Both the position numbers and the translations under genes were made by a program. Below the pieces are notes generated by a model that was not told the DNA's origin, made no database searches, and was given only the letters and a program-made list of their open reading frames with translations. From Gemmatimonadota bacterium (lineage in GTDB: Bacteria > Gemmatimonadota > Gemmatimonadetes > Palauibacterales > KS3-K002), in NCBI GenBank assembly GCA_039589375.1, contig JBDHHL010000002.1:1-55666 (forward strand): 55,666 bases of DNA, written 5' to 3'. This document shows positions 20,982 through 30,172 of the stretch, in pieces (the stretch's first letter is position 1; each line of letters begins with the position of its first letter).

Positions 20982-22817
20982 TCAGCGGACCGTCACTCCC
21001 CCACGGGCCGCTTCGCCGTCAGCGCTGCGGAACTGCATCTCGTACAGCCGACGATAAGCTCCGTCCCGTCCCATCAGGTCCTCGTGACGGCCGGACTCGA
21101 CGATACGGCCCTCATCCAGAAAGATGATCTTGTGGGCGCCTTGAATCGTGGAGAGTCGATGGGCGATGACGATCACGGTCCGGTTGGCCAATAGCCGGTC
21201 GATGGCCCCTTGCACAAGCCGCTCCGACTCCGTGTCGAGAGAGGAGGTCGCTTCGTCGAAGATGAGGATGGGCGGGTCCCGCAGGATCGCGCGCGCTATC
21301 GCTACCCGCTGGCGCTGGCCACCGGAAAGTCGAACCCCACGATCTCCCAAGACCGTGTCGTAGCCGTCCGGCAGGCGCCCGATGAACTCGTGCGCGTTCG
21401 CCGCCTGCGCCGCCGCCTCGATCTGATCCTGGCTGTAGCGACCGACGGCACCATAGGCGATGTTGGCCCGCACCGTGTCGTGGAAGATCACGGTCTCCTG
21501 CGATACCACCCCCAACAGTTCGCGCAGGGAAGCAAGGCGAATGTCACCGAGCTCAGCGCCGTCGAGCGTGATGCGGCCGGCCTGCGGCTCGTAGAAGCGC
21601 GGTAGTAAGTCGGCTATCGTGCTCTTTCCACCTCCCGATGGTCCCACGAGCGCCACGACCTCACCGCGGTTCACGTCGAAGCTGATTCCTTCCAGGACGG
21701 GGTCGGCGTCGTAGGCGAAATGCACATCCTCGTAGGCAATGCGCTGATCGAGATCATCCACTTTGATTCCGGCGGCATCGAACGGCTCACTCGGTACATC
21801 CAGTACCTCGAAGAACCGTTCCGCGGCCGCCAGAGAGGCCTGAGCATGCGCCGGGAACGCTGCCAGCGCTTTGATCGGAGATTGAACTCGCAGCGATATG
21901 GTGAGGAACGTCAGGAACGCCTCGGCGGTCATTTCGCCACTGAACACGAACTGAGCGCCCACCCAGACAAGAACTACCGTGACGATGCTCCCCAGTACTT
22001 CGGAAAGTGGCGAACTCAGCAGCGCTATTCGTTCCGCCCGGACGACGTGTTTGTAAGCTGCCTGATTCGTGTCGATGAAGCGGCGGCGCTCGTGGTCCTC
22101 GGCGCCGTAGGACTTGACGAGGCGCGCCCCGGACGCCGTCTCCTGCAGCATGCTCGTCAACTCGCCCTGCATCTCGAAGGCACGTCGGAAGCCGTGGCGC
22201 AGCCGCCAGATCATCGGCTTCAGGAATCCGAGGAAGAGCGGAGCTACCACTAACGCCAGCAGCGTCAGCTTCCAAGAGATCAAGACGAGAGCCGTGATGA
22301 AGGCAGCCAAAGACACAACGTGTCTCACGACATCCGAGACCGTCAGCATGACGACCTGCTTCGCCTGGGACGTGTCGGAGAACACGCGAGAGAGTAGCTG
22401 CCCCGCCTTGTACCTATCGAAGAACCCTAACGGTAGGGTTTGTATGTGACCATACAGCTCGTTACGCAGATCACGTGTAATGCCTTCCCGAATCTTGACG
22501 TTAAGAACCTGGGACGCGTAGTAGAACGCGTTCTTTAGCAGGATCCCGACCAGTACGACAATGACGAGGTTGCGCAGCGCCGTACTCGGGTCCGCTAGGT
22601 TGATGAGCCCACCAACGGTCGCATCGAGAAAGCGTTCGACCAGGCTCCCGCCCGCCGTCAGCATAGCCGTGTCGCCGAACAGCGAACGGAGGAACGGGAT
22701 GAGAAGAATCATCGTGAAGCCATCGAGCACGGAGCCGATGGTCGTTGCGACCAGGCCACCAAGGAAGACCAGCCGGTAAGGACGTAAGAAGCGGAGCAGG
22801 CGGAGGAAGAGCTTCAC
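20982..22817 (-). CDS. msbA: ABC transporter permease/ATPase, MsbA-like lipid exporter
   Basis: Six-TM ABC exporter N-half. Walker A GPSGGGKST. Signature LSGGQRQR. Walker B ILIFDEATSSLD. GTGA overlap with the upstream gene stop. Confidence 0.88.
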   Translation of the reverse strand: MKLFLRLLRFLRPYRLVFLGGLVATTIGSVLDGFTMILLIPFLRSLFGDTAMLTAGGSLVERFLDATVGGLINLADPSTALRNLVIVVLVGILLKNAFYYASQVLNVKIREGITRDLRNELYGHIQTLPLGFFDRYKAGQLLSRVFSDTSQAKQVVMLTVSDVVRHVVSLAAFITALVLISWKLTLLALVVAPLFLGFLKPMIWRLRHGFRRAFEMQGELTSMLQETASGARLVKSYGAEDHERRRFIDTNQAAYKHVVRAERIALLSSPLSEVLGSIVTVVLVWVGAQFVFSGEMTAEAFLTFLTISLRVQSPIKALAAFPAHAQASLAAAERFFEVLDVPSEPFDAAGIKVDDLDQRIAYEDVHFAYDADPVLEGISFDVNRGEVVALVGPSGGGKSTIADLLPRFYEPQAGRITLDGAELGDIRLASLRELLGVVSQETVIFHDTVRANIAYGAVGRYSQDQIEAAAQAANAHEFIGRLPDGYDTVLGDRGVRLSGGQRQRVAIARAILRDPPILIFDEATSSLDTESERLVQGAIDRLLANRTVIVIAHRLSTIQGAHKIIFLDEGRIVESGRHEDLMGRDGAYRRLYEMQFRSADGEAARGGVTVR

Positions 22818-24397
22818 CGCACCTCACCGCGCGGTCTCAGAAGGGCGACGGGCAAAATCATCTCGTCCGGGCTGACTCCGCCATGAAGGAAGCTGTCCTT
22901 GTACCGTGCTTGGTACTCCCTCAACTTGGTGGGATAGACGAAGAAGTAGTCCTCGCGTGCGAGCAGGTAGTTAGCCTTCAAGCGACCGGCAGGCAGACGG
23001 ATCTTCTCGCCGTCCGCGACCGCGAAGACATCGGCCGGAGTCTCGGCCCTGAGATCGTCCCCGTACTTGTAACGCAGACTCAACGTCGCGTCCCTCTTGG
23101 CAAACACCGTCGTCGGACGATGGCAGTGGACGGACCCGTGATCCGTCGTCAACAGGACCCGGGCACCGCGTGCACGAATGATCCTCAGCGCCTTTCGTAA
23201 ATCCGAGCCTTCATACCACGTGGTCGTCAGCCGACGCAGGGCTTCCGCATCGCGCGCCATTTCGAGCAGGAGCTGTGACTCGCCGCGACCGTGAGTCAGC
23301 AGATCCACGAAGTTGAACACGATGGCAATCGCGCGGCGATCGTCAAGGAGCGCCGGCAGGCGCTTGAGCATCGCCTCGCCGTCGCCCGCCGCATGGACCT
23401 TCTCGTAGTGGGTCGGAACCTGACCCTGAGTGAGCGCCCGGATTTGCTCGGCGAACAGCTCGTGTTCGAAGGAGTTGAGGCCTGACTCCTCGTACTCTTC
23501 CGGCCAGCCTTGTCGCTTCTCGGCCAGTTGAACAGGGAAGAGCCCGCTGAAGATCGCATTGCGGGCGTAAGGCGTGGCCGTGGGTAGGATGGACAGGTAA
23601 AGATCCTCCTCGATATCGAAGTCTTCATCCACGATCGCCTGCAGCGCGCGCCACTGGTCGAGACGCAAGCAGTCGATCACGATCAGCACCGCTGGCCGTT
23701 CGTGCGCAAGTAAAGGCAGGAAGAAGTCCGGGACGATATCGACCGATAGTGATGGACGCTCACCTCGGCCTTTAGCGACCCAGTCCGCATAGTTCTCGAG
23801 GACGAAGTCACAGAATCGTCGCCGTGCGTCTGCCGTCAACGTACGGAGCGAGTCGAGGAGACCTGTTTCCTCAGCCGTGCTGAGCTCGAGTTCCCAGTCA
23901 ACGAGATCGGAGTACAGGTCCGTCCAGTCACGCCACTCGCTCGCCGTACCGATTCGCACCTGCATCTCTGCGTAAGCCTGAACGAAGTCGCGGGCCATCT
24001 GCTGGTGTCGAAGCACCGGGCCTTCGAGTATGCGCGCCACGGCCGAAGCTACCTGCCTAGGGCTTGTGGGTTTCACGATGTAGCCGTCGGCGCGCCGCGC
24101 GATCGCCTCCGTGAGCGTAGCCTCCTCTTCGCTCTTCGTCACCATCACGACGGCGATGCGCGGATCAGCACCGCGGATCTCTTGGAGTACCTCTGTACCC
24201 GTACGGCCAGGCATCTCCTGGTCCAGAAGGATCAAGTCATAGCTACGCCGCCGGAGCTGACTGAGCGCATCGTCTCCGTTGGGAAGCGTGTCCACTTGAT
24301 AGCCACGCTGCTCGAGGACCAGGCGGTGTGGTAGGAGAAGATCGACCTCGTCGTCCACCCACAAGATGCGGCCCTTGGCCCGCCTTCTTTCCTCCAT
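22814..24397 (-). CDS. PorX-like response regulator: receiver domain fused to a PglZ (alkaline-phosphatase superfamily) domain
   Basis: Receiver: ILWVDDE...DLILLDQEMPGRTG...VVMVTKS...GYIVKP. PglZ-like: VLIVIDCLRLDQW...TDHGS. ATG 24395-24397 overlaps the TonB-like stop (TGATG). Confidence 0.85.
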   Translation of the reverse strand: MEERRRAKGRILWVDDEVDLLLPHRLVLEQRGYQVDTLPNGDDALSQLRRRSYDLILLDQEMPGRTGTEVLQEIRGADPRIAVVMVTKSEEEATLTEAIARRADGYIVKPTSPRQVASAVARILEGPVLRHQQMARDFVQAYAEMQVRIGTASEWRDWTDLYSDLVDWELELSTAEETGLLDSLRTLTADARRRFCDFVLENYADWVAKGRGERPSLSVDIVPDFFLPLLAHERPAVLIVIDCLRLDQWRALQAIVDEDFDIEEDLYLSILPTATPYARNAIFSGLFPVQLAEKRQGWPEEYEESGLNSFEHELFAEQIRALTQGQVPTHYEKVHAAGDGEAMLKRLPALLDDRRAIAIVFNFVDLLTHGRGESQLLLEMARDAEALRRLTTTWYEGSDLRKALRIIRARGARVLLTTDHGSVHCHRPTTVFAKRDATLSLRYKYGDDLRAETPADVFAVADGEKIRLPAGRLKANYLLAREDYFFVYPTKLREYQARYKDSFLHGGVSPDEMILPVALLRPRGEVR

Positions 24398-25077
24398 CAC
24401 AGCTTCCAAGTGTAGCTGTACCAAACGGCGACAGCCCTGCCCGCCCGCTCTGCCGGCTCGAACACCCAATCCCGGGCCTCGCGCATGAGGTTGTTGTTGT
24501 AGTCCGAATCGGGAGTCGGTGGGTCCAACCTGACGCTGTCGACAACGCCGGCCTGAGTGATGAATACCCAGACCGTCACTTCGCGACCCCGGACATTGGC
24601 CGGCCGGTTGAGCGGCGCCATGATGACACCGCGCGGCGTCGGAGGCAGGAGCCGGCGAAGCCCTGTCATCGCGTTCCCGCGATCACCCCTTCCCTCGCCT
24701 CCAGGCAGGCCGGCGCCCGATTCGGGGCCCTCGCGTGTGCCCTCGCCTGGCTCACGAAGCTCGAGCTCGCTCAAGGCCAGCAGCGGTTCCTCAATCAACT
24801 CCTGGATCTCGACCTGCTCTATGACCGGGGTCTCGGGCTCAGGTGGGATGACGATCTCGACCGGAGGCTTGAGAACGACGGCCCGCATGCCCCCTCCTCC
24901 CGGTGCGGCCATGGGATCACCGCTCCCCGGGCCAGCGGCGGCATACGGAGTCAATCGCTCCGGTTTGCTCTGGAAGAACAGCAGGAGTGCTAGATGTATA
25001 AGAAGAGAGAGGAGCAGACCGATACGCCAGACTCTACTCTCCCGGCGTAGCCGCCCTCGAACTTGCTCCAAGGCCAT
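24397..25077 (-). CDS. TonB-family protein (N-terminal anchor, Pro/Glu-rich linker, TonB_C-like domain)
   Basis: TM WRIGLLLSLLIHLALLLFF. Linker PPVEIVIPPEPETPVIE. C-terminus VTVWVFITQAGVVDSVRLDPP...ARDWVFEPAERAGRAVAVWYSYTWKL. Confidence 0.7.
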   Translation of the reverse strand: MALEQVRGRLRRESRVWRIGLLLSLLIHLALLLFFQSKPERLTPYAAAGPGSGDPMAAPGGGGMRAVVLKPPVEIVIPPEPETPVIEQVEIQELIEEPLLALSELELREPGEGTREGPESGAGLPGGEGRGDRGNAMTGLRRLLPPTPRGVIMAPLNRPANVRGREVTVWVFITQAGVVDSVRLDPPTPDSDYNNNLMREARDWVFEPAERAGRAVAVWYSYTWKL

Positions 25078-25098
25078 GGGTCCACGGTCCCCTGCCGT

Positions 25099-26313
25099 TT
25101 ATCTATTTATATCCCGTCCGTCGGCACCGACAATACCGAAGTCGGCGATCTGAACGCTCTGGCCGTCGCGGTCGAGTATCCAGACCTCGCCGACGCCAGA
25201 CACTACGACATCAGTGGCGAAGCGAGTTTCGCGGGCCACTCCTACGACCCGCGGCTCGGTACCGGAAATATCCACCAGCGCGACACCTTCCGGACCAGCA
25301 GCCACATAGACGCGATCACCCTCCAAATCCGCAGCGTAGGCGAACCTCACTCCTTCGTAGTGTTGTACCACGCGCGGTGCTGCCGGGTCCGTCGCATCCA
25401 TGATGAACACGCCACCGGTCCCGGCGGCTATTGCCAGCCGGTTCCCGTCCATGCGAACGGTCCGACCGGCCGCTGGCAGCGTGACCTCACCTATCTTAGC
25501 AAGTTCCGGCCCGTAGGCCACCAGGCGATCATCCCAAAGGACCCAACCGATGCTGCCGTCACGGCTGAAAGCCATATCGGTGACGTAGTCAGGGTTCTCG
25601 ATCCCGGTCACCGTCTCTACGGCCACTTCGTGGACATCCTTCCGGACATCGAGTAGGCGCACCGAGTCCAGCCCGGCCACAGCCAACCGATTCGCGAAGC
25701 GCCCCATCGAGCCGCCCCCTCGTTCATCGATCACCTGTCCGTAGACCGAATCGCTCGATATCTCGAATGAAAGCAGGTTGGAGAAAGTGCTCAAGATGAG
25801 CAGGTCGAGATGCGGCATGACCGCTACGTCCTCGATACCGCGCACGCCGGAACCGCGCGGATGCACGGTGCCGTCATCTCGAATCAAGCGCGCGCCACCC
25901 ATGCCGACAACCGCTGCCCCGCCCGGGAAACGCGTGATCCGGTCGGGCACTACGTCCAAAGGCACATCCAAGAAGGAGTAGTTGAGGGTCGGGCCGGCGG
26001 CCATTCGGCGTTCGTATTTCTTGTCCATCTCGAGGCCGACCAGAAACCCGATCAGCCCGCCGATGGCAGCCGCTACGATCCCGACGCAACCTTTACTGCT
26101 ACAGGATGACTTGACTACCTCGTCCGAGGTGAAGGCGTAGGCGGGGATGCCAACGGCAAGAGCACCGCCAATGCCAAGAAACCAGCGCTTGTGACTCTTC
26201 GCCTGAGCTAGCGCGGGAGCTGGTGACGCGACAGCCAAAGCCACCGCGAGAGCAACGGATCGCCAGAAGAGCTTCGAGACGAGTCCACCGGTCCCTACGG
26301 CGCTACTCTTCAT
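25099..26313 (-). CDS. Secreted or membrane protein with a glycine-zipper segment and an LVIVD-like beta-propeller
   Basis: Signal ...AVASPAPALAQA. Gly-zipper GIVAAAIGGLIGFLVGL. Repeats of the type GGVFIMDATDPAAPRVV / EGVALVDISGTEPRVV. Confidence 0.6.
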   Translation of the reverse strand: MKSSAVGTGGLVSKLFWRSVALAVALAVASPAPALAQAKSHKRWFLGIGGALAVGIPAYAFTSDEVVKSSCSSKGCVGIVAAAIGGLIGFLVGLEMDKKYERRMAAGPTLNYSFLDVPLDVVPDRITRFPGGAAVVGMGGARLIRDDGTVHPRGSGVRGIEDVAVMPHLDLLILSTFSNLLSFEISSDSVYGQVIDERGGGSMGRFANRLAVAGLDSVRLLDVRKDVHEVAVETVTGIENPDYVTDMAFSRDGSIGWVLWDDRLVAYGPELAKIGEVTLPAAGRTVRMDGNRLAIAAGTGGVFIMDATDPAAPRVVQHYEGVRFAYAADLEGDRVYVAAGPEGVALVDISGTEPRVVGVARETRFATDVVVSGVGEVWILDRDGQSVQIADFGIVGADGRDINR

Positions 26314-28519
26314 TATTGACTACCTCGAATACGCGTCGCCTTCTGGCCATCTGCTCGCCGATGTTGTCCCAGATCCTCAGCCTGATCTCGTATTCGCCGT
26401 CCGGCACCTCCTGAGGATCCAACGATAGGAACTCGGTCACCCGATCGCGTCCTTCCATCTCCACCTGGCGGCTGTACCGCAACTCCAGCCGATCGTCTCC
26501 AACGATGCTGAATCCCCAAGCATCGGCGAGTAGACCAAGCAACGCCATGACTCCGCCGCTGCGCTTGAGCCTTTTCACCCGAACCTGGATCGACACATCG
26601 TAAGAGGCGAAGTTTTCGGGATCGCGCTCGAGGCCATAGATCTCGTAGTAGATGTGCACGGGATCGCCCGATTGGAACTGCCTCGCGGCGTTCGCCCACA
26701 CCTCGAAGTCCGATCGCCGCCTCGGCTCCTCCACTAGCGGCTTCACATAATCGGCGATCAAGATATCACTAACGCTGAGCGTATCCTCGATGAACCGCTC
26801 GACCGTGAACGTGTCCCGCGACGCGGCAGCACGCCAACTGACTTCGTCACGAGTCTCGACCGCCGCCACCAGCGTGCCACCCGGCGGTAGGATCACACGC
26901 CAACTCCGATTCTCATCGAGGTCGGACGACTCCGCGTAGGCCACGACTTCGGTCCCGACGCGCCGTATCAGCGTCTCACCAAAATCGTCGAGCAGGAACA
27001 TGCCCGTCTCGAACTCACCCCTCTCCAGATCGAGGTCCCGCGACAACTCTTCCAGCGGCAGCGCCGCGTGGATCTCGAGCGCGACCTCGTTCATTGTCTC
27101 GCCGCGGAAGCGGGCAAGCTGGACCGGCAAGTCCAGCATCTCTGGAATCGACGGGATGTTGTCGTACGTTGACGGCTGCAAGTAGCGATAATTGTCGGCG
27201 ATGAACTTGTAGTCGCCAGCGAATCGCGCGTTCATGTAGCCGGGCATCTGGCGGAAGATGAAAACCGGCCCGTCCTGGCCGTAGCTCCAAATAATCGATC
27301 GCCGGCCCACAGCATACGGGTTGCCCTGCGAGTACGGGCTTGCCCCGAAGCTGGCGATTGAGACTGGCAGGCCGTAGCGAACGTAGATGATGCCCTGATC
27401 CGTCTCCCAGCCACGCAGATCGGCCTCCGGCGCCGAGAAACGCAAGTCCGCGTACGCTACGCGTGCCAAATGCTCTAGGTGGCGTTCGTTGGACTCGGTT
27501 AGATAGAGCGGGTCGGTCAAACGCCAGAAACGTTCATTGTACTCGGCCCGGGTCTCCTCCTCGAGATCGAGGTACACTTCTGCATCATCGCGCCGCATCA
27601 CTTCGGCAAGACTCTCGATTTGGGACCGTTCCTCATCTACTAGTCGCGAGAGTCCTTCCTCGAAAGCCTCCGCCGCCTCCTCCTCGCGCCCTGCCACGTG
27701 CAGACCCAGACCCAAGTACAGATGGGGCATCGGACGCTCGGTATGAGCCTCCCGAAGCCTACGCCCAATCGCCAGATACTCGCCGAGTCGGTACTCATCC
27801 AGCAACTGTCCCATCAGGCGGATCGACGCCCCCACGTGCGCCGGATCGTACCTTATCGCCGCCCGATAGTGCTCGATCATCTCCTCTTTCGTGACCTGGC
27901 CCGAGCCCTCGATCGCCGGGGTGCTCTGCATGTAGTCGTTGCCATAGCGAGAGGCACCATCCACACCCATCGCGCCATAAAGCCCCGAGCCCACATCGTC
28001 TTGCGGCGGTCCCCGAAGGAGCGGTGAAAAGCGCCGGTGCTCGAGCGACCTGTACCACAACTCCTTGATGTAGCCCAGGTTGAAATGCACGTCCGCCAGG
28101 ACCTCGGGGTCACCACGTTTCTCGGCCTCCGTGATGGCACGGCCGAACAGCCGCGAGGCATCAACCTTCATATGCTGCTTCATACGAAGGCGAGCCAGTT
28201 CCAATAGGTAGCGCGGTTCCGAGGGGCTGAGCCGCAGCGCCTCGAGAAGCGCATCCTCAGCCTCGAGACGATCGCCAAAATCCGTCTCTACGGCGCTCGC
28301 TCGTTGCGTGTAGAGGCGACCGATGTAGTAGTAGGTGTCAGCAAGCTTGGGTGCGGCATCGCGGGCCTTCTCGAATTCGGCGAAGGCAAGTACTGTATCG
28401 CCCGCGGAGGCATGGGCCAGCCCTTGCTCGATATGCCTCCGGGCAACTTGTTCCTGCGCCCAGCCGGCCTGAGCCGACACGAGCACAAGAGCCGGTAGCA
28501 GAAATCGGACGAGTCGCAT
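26303..28519 (-). CDS. TPR-repeat + GWxTD-domain protein (secreted)
   Basis: Signal MRLVRFLLPALVLVSAQAGWAQ. TPR-like N-half. The literal GWxTD motif is in DLRGWETDQGIIYVRYGLP. ATG 28517-28519 chosen. Confidence 0.8.
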   Translation of the reverse strand: MRLVRFLLPALVLVSAQAGWAQEQVARRHIEQGLAHASAGDTVLAFAEFEKARDAAPKLADTYYYIGRLYTQRASAVETDFGDRLEAEDALLEALRLSPSEPRYLLELARLRMKQHMKVDASRLFGRAITEAEKRGDPEVLADVHFNLGYIKELWYRSLEHRRFSPLLRGPPQDDVGSGLYGAMGVDGASRYGNDYMQSTPAIEGSGQVTKEEMIEHYRAAIRYDPAHVGASIRLMGQLLDEYRLGEYLAIGRRLREAHTERPMPHLYLGLGLHVAGREEEAAEAFEEGLSRLVDEERSQIESLAEVMRRDDAEVYLDLEEETRAEYNERFWRLTDPLYLTESNERHLEHLARVAYADLRFSAPEADLRGWETDQGIIYVRYGLPVSIASFGASPYSQGNPYAVGRRSIIWSYGQDGPVFIFRQMPGYMNARFAGDYKFIADNYRYLQPSTYDNIPSIPEMLDLPVQLARFRGETMNEVALEIHAALPLEELSRDLDLERGEFETGMFLLDDFGETLIRRVGTEVVAYAESSDLDENRSWRVILPPGGTLVAAVETRDEVSWRAAASRDTFTVERFIEDTLSVSDILIADYVKPLVEEPRRRSDFEVWANAARQFQSGDPVHIYYEIYGLERDPENFASYDVSIQVRVKRLKRSGGVMALLGLLADAWGFSIVGDDRLELRYSRQVEMEGRDRVTEFLSLDPQEVPDGEYEIRLRIWDNIGEQMARRRRVFEVVNNEE

Positions 28520-28560
28520 CACGGCTGCGGTCCTTTGTCGTCAATGTCGAGAACCCGCAC

Positions 28561-28588
28561 ATTTTAAAAGTAGGCCAGCGAGCAACAA
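28561..28588 (-). promoter_or_regulatory. Candidate sigma70-type promoter of the long minus-strand envelope operon (TTGTTG-N16-TAAAAT)
   Basis: Minus strand: ccTTTGTTGctcgctggcctactttTAAAATgtgcggg. It lies in the only AT-rich patch upstream of the GWxTD gene. Consensus use in this phylum is unverified. Confidence 0.35.
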
Positions 28589-28757
28589 AGGAAAACCCCG
28601 AGTGCGGAGCCCGTTGCAGAACTGCAGGCGCGAGAGCGACTTCGGCATACCAAGCTGCCATGCGACGAGAGCGGCGCACCTGCTCCTGTGGCCACCCGCC
28701 ATCCTCGGACCTGCCCTTGCTCAACTCGGTGCGGGCGGCCAAGTTAGCCAGCACCCT

Positions 28758-28773
28758 GTTGGGCCGGCCCAAC
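28758..28773. repeat. Perfect 16-bp palindrome GTTGGGCCGGCCCAAC (possible operator)
   Basis: Read directly. It lies in the 450-nt intergenic region, 36 nt upstream of the small TM ORF. Confidence 0.3.
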
Positions 28774-28809
28774 CTCCACGACAGCACGTTGATAGGAGAG
28801 ACCACAGCC

Positions 28810-28932
28810 GTGATAGGGCTTGAAGGAGCGATTCTCGTTCCGGTTCTTATCCTCGGGAGCGCCGCAATCTTATACTACGGGCTCATCTCAGTTCGCTCGC
28901 GCCAGGTGGAGAGGCGAGACGCAGAGCAATGA
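28810..28932 (+). CDS. Candidate 40-aa single-TM micro-protein upstream of kbl
   Basis: GTG start with AGGAGAG 9 nt upstream. (M)IGLEGAILVPVLILGSAAILYYGLISVRSRQVERRDAEQ is a hydrophobic helix plus a basic tail. It is the tail of a longer, implausible track ORF. Confidence 0.3.
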   Translation: MIGLEGAILVPVLILGSAAILYYGLISVRSRQVERRDAEQ

Positions 28933-28974
28933 TCCGGCAATTGACCCCGCCGGCCTAACCGTCCGGGAGGTGGC

Positions 28975-30162
28975 ATGAACGGTCTATTCGAGCGACTGCG
29001 AAGCGAACTCGGCGAGATGCAGGAACAGGGCGTCTACAAGCGGCTGATCCATCTCGATTCACCGCAAGACGCGGTCGTGCGAATCGAGGAAACGGGCGGC
29101 GAGGTCATCAACCTCTGCTCGAACAACTACCTCGGTCTTTGCAGTACGCCGGAAGTCGTCTCGGCAGGAGCGGCTGCCTACGACCGTTACGGCGCTGGGA
29201 CATCATCCGTCCGCTTCATCTGCGGGACCTTCACCCTACACCGCGAACTCGAGACAAAGATCGCCGATTTTCTTGGCCTCGAATCGGCCCTGACATACGT
29301 GTCGTGCTGGAACGCCAACACCGGGCTGATGCCGACTTTCCTCGAAGAGCAGGACGCGCTGATATCCGACGAGCTGAACCACGCATCAATCATCGACGGC
29401 GTCCGCATGACGCGGGCGAACCGGAAGATCTACGCGCATTCCGACATGAAAGAGTTGGAGCAAGCCCTGAAGGATACCGCGGATGCCAGAAGCCGGTTCA
29501 TAATCACCGACGGCGTATTCTCCATGGAGGGTGATATCTGCAAGCTGCCGGACATCCTCGAGCTAGCCGAGAGGTACGACGCCGTGCTCGCCGTGGACGA
29601 TTCACATGCCACAGGAGTACTGGGTCAGACGGGTCGGGGCACCCCAGAGCATTACGGATTGCACGGAGAGGTGCCGGTGGTCACGAGCACGCTGGGCAAA
29701 GCGCTGGGCGGTGCCGCAGGCGGCTTCACCGCCGGACCCGCTGAGCTTACCGATTATCTGACGCAACGCTCGAGACCAATGCTATTCTCCAACGCGTTGC
29801 CCCCGGCTACAACCGCGCACTCGCTAGCAGCCATAGAGTACCTCGATAGCCACCCGGAACTCATCCAGAAGCTAAAGGGGAACACGACCTACTTCCGAGA
29901 GCAGCTTACGGAGGCAGGCTTCAAGCCGATCGAAGGGGATACGCCAATCGTGCCGATCATCATTGGTGAGACGGCGGAGGCCATCAGGTTTAGCAAGATG
30001 CTTCTCGACGAGGGCGTATTTGTTATCGGCTTCGGATACCCGGTCGTGCCGCACGGCACGGCGCGAATCCGCTGCCAGGTTTCGGCCGCGCACGAAGTCG
30101 AGCATCTGGACGCCGTGCTGGATGCGATGAAGAAGGTGGGCACCAAGCTGGGAATCATCTGA
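28975..30162 (+). CDS. kbl: 2-amino-3-ketobutyrate CoA ligase (glycine C-acetyltransferase)
   Basis: GVYKRL...CSNNYLGL...SVRFICGT...[11 protein letters not shown]...DDSHATG...STLGKALGG (PLP lysine). RBS GGAGG. Confidence 0.9.
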   Translation: MNGLFERLRSELGEMQEQGVYKRLIHLDSPQDAVVRIEETGGEVINLCSNNYLGLCSTPEVVSAGAAAYDRYGAGTSSVRFICGTFTLHRELETKIADFLGLESALTYVSCWNANTGLMPTFLEEQDALISDELNHASIIDGVRMTRANRKIYAHSDMKELEQALKDTADARSRFIITDGVFSMEGDICKLPDILELAERYDAVLAVDDSHATGVLGQTGRGTPEHYGLHGEVPVVTSTLGKALGGAAGGFTAGPAELTDYLTQRSRPMLFSNALPPATTAHSLAAIEYLDSHPELIQKLKGNTTYFREQLTEAGFKPIEGDTPIVPIIIGETAEAIRFSKMLLDEGVFVIGFGYPVVPHGTARIRCQVSAAHEVEHLDAVLDAMKKVGTKLGII

Positions 30163-30172
30163 CGAGGCCAAC

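Noticed and set aside
22814-24397. A PglZ domain could signal a BREX phage-defence locus.
   Set aside because: The PglZ domain is fused to a receiver domain, which is the PorX architecture. None of the BREX partners (PglX methyltransferase, BrxC ATPase, BrxL/Lon, BrxA/B) are present. The neighbours are TonB-like, MsbA and LpxL-type envelope genes.
28590-28800. Possible SRP (4.5S), 6S or glycine-riboswitch RNA in the long spacer between the GWxTD operon and kbl. The minus strand contains GGCAGGTCCGAGGATGG, reminiscent of the SRP CAGGUCCGGAAGGAAGCAGC. kbl could plausibly carry a glycine riboswitch.
   Set aside because: The SRP domain IV motifs (GGAA/AGCA loops) are not reproduced. No CACCGAAGGGGCAA-type glycine-riboswitch core is present. 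I could not build a convincing conserved fold by eye. It needs an Infernal/Rfam scan.
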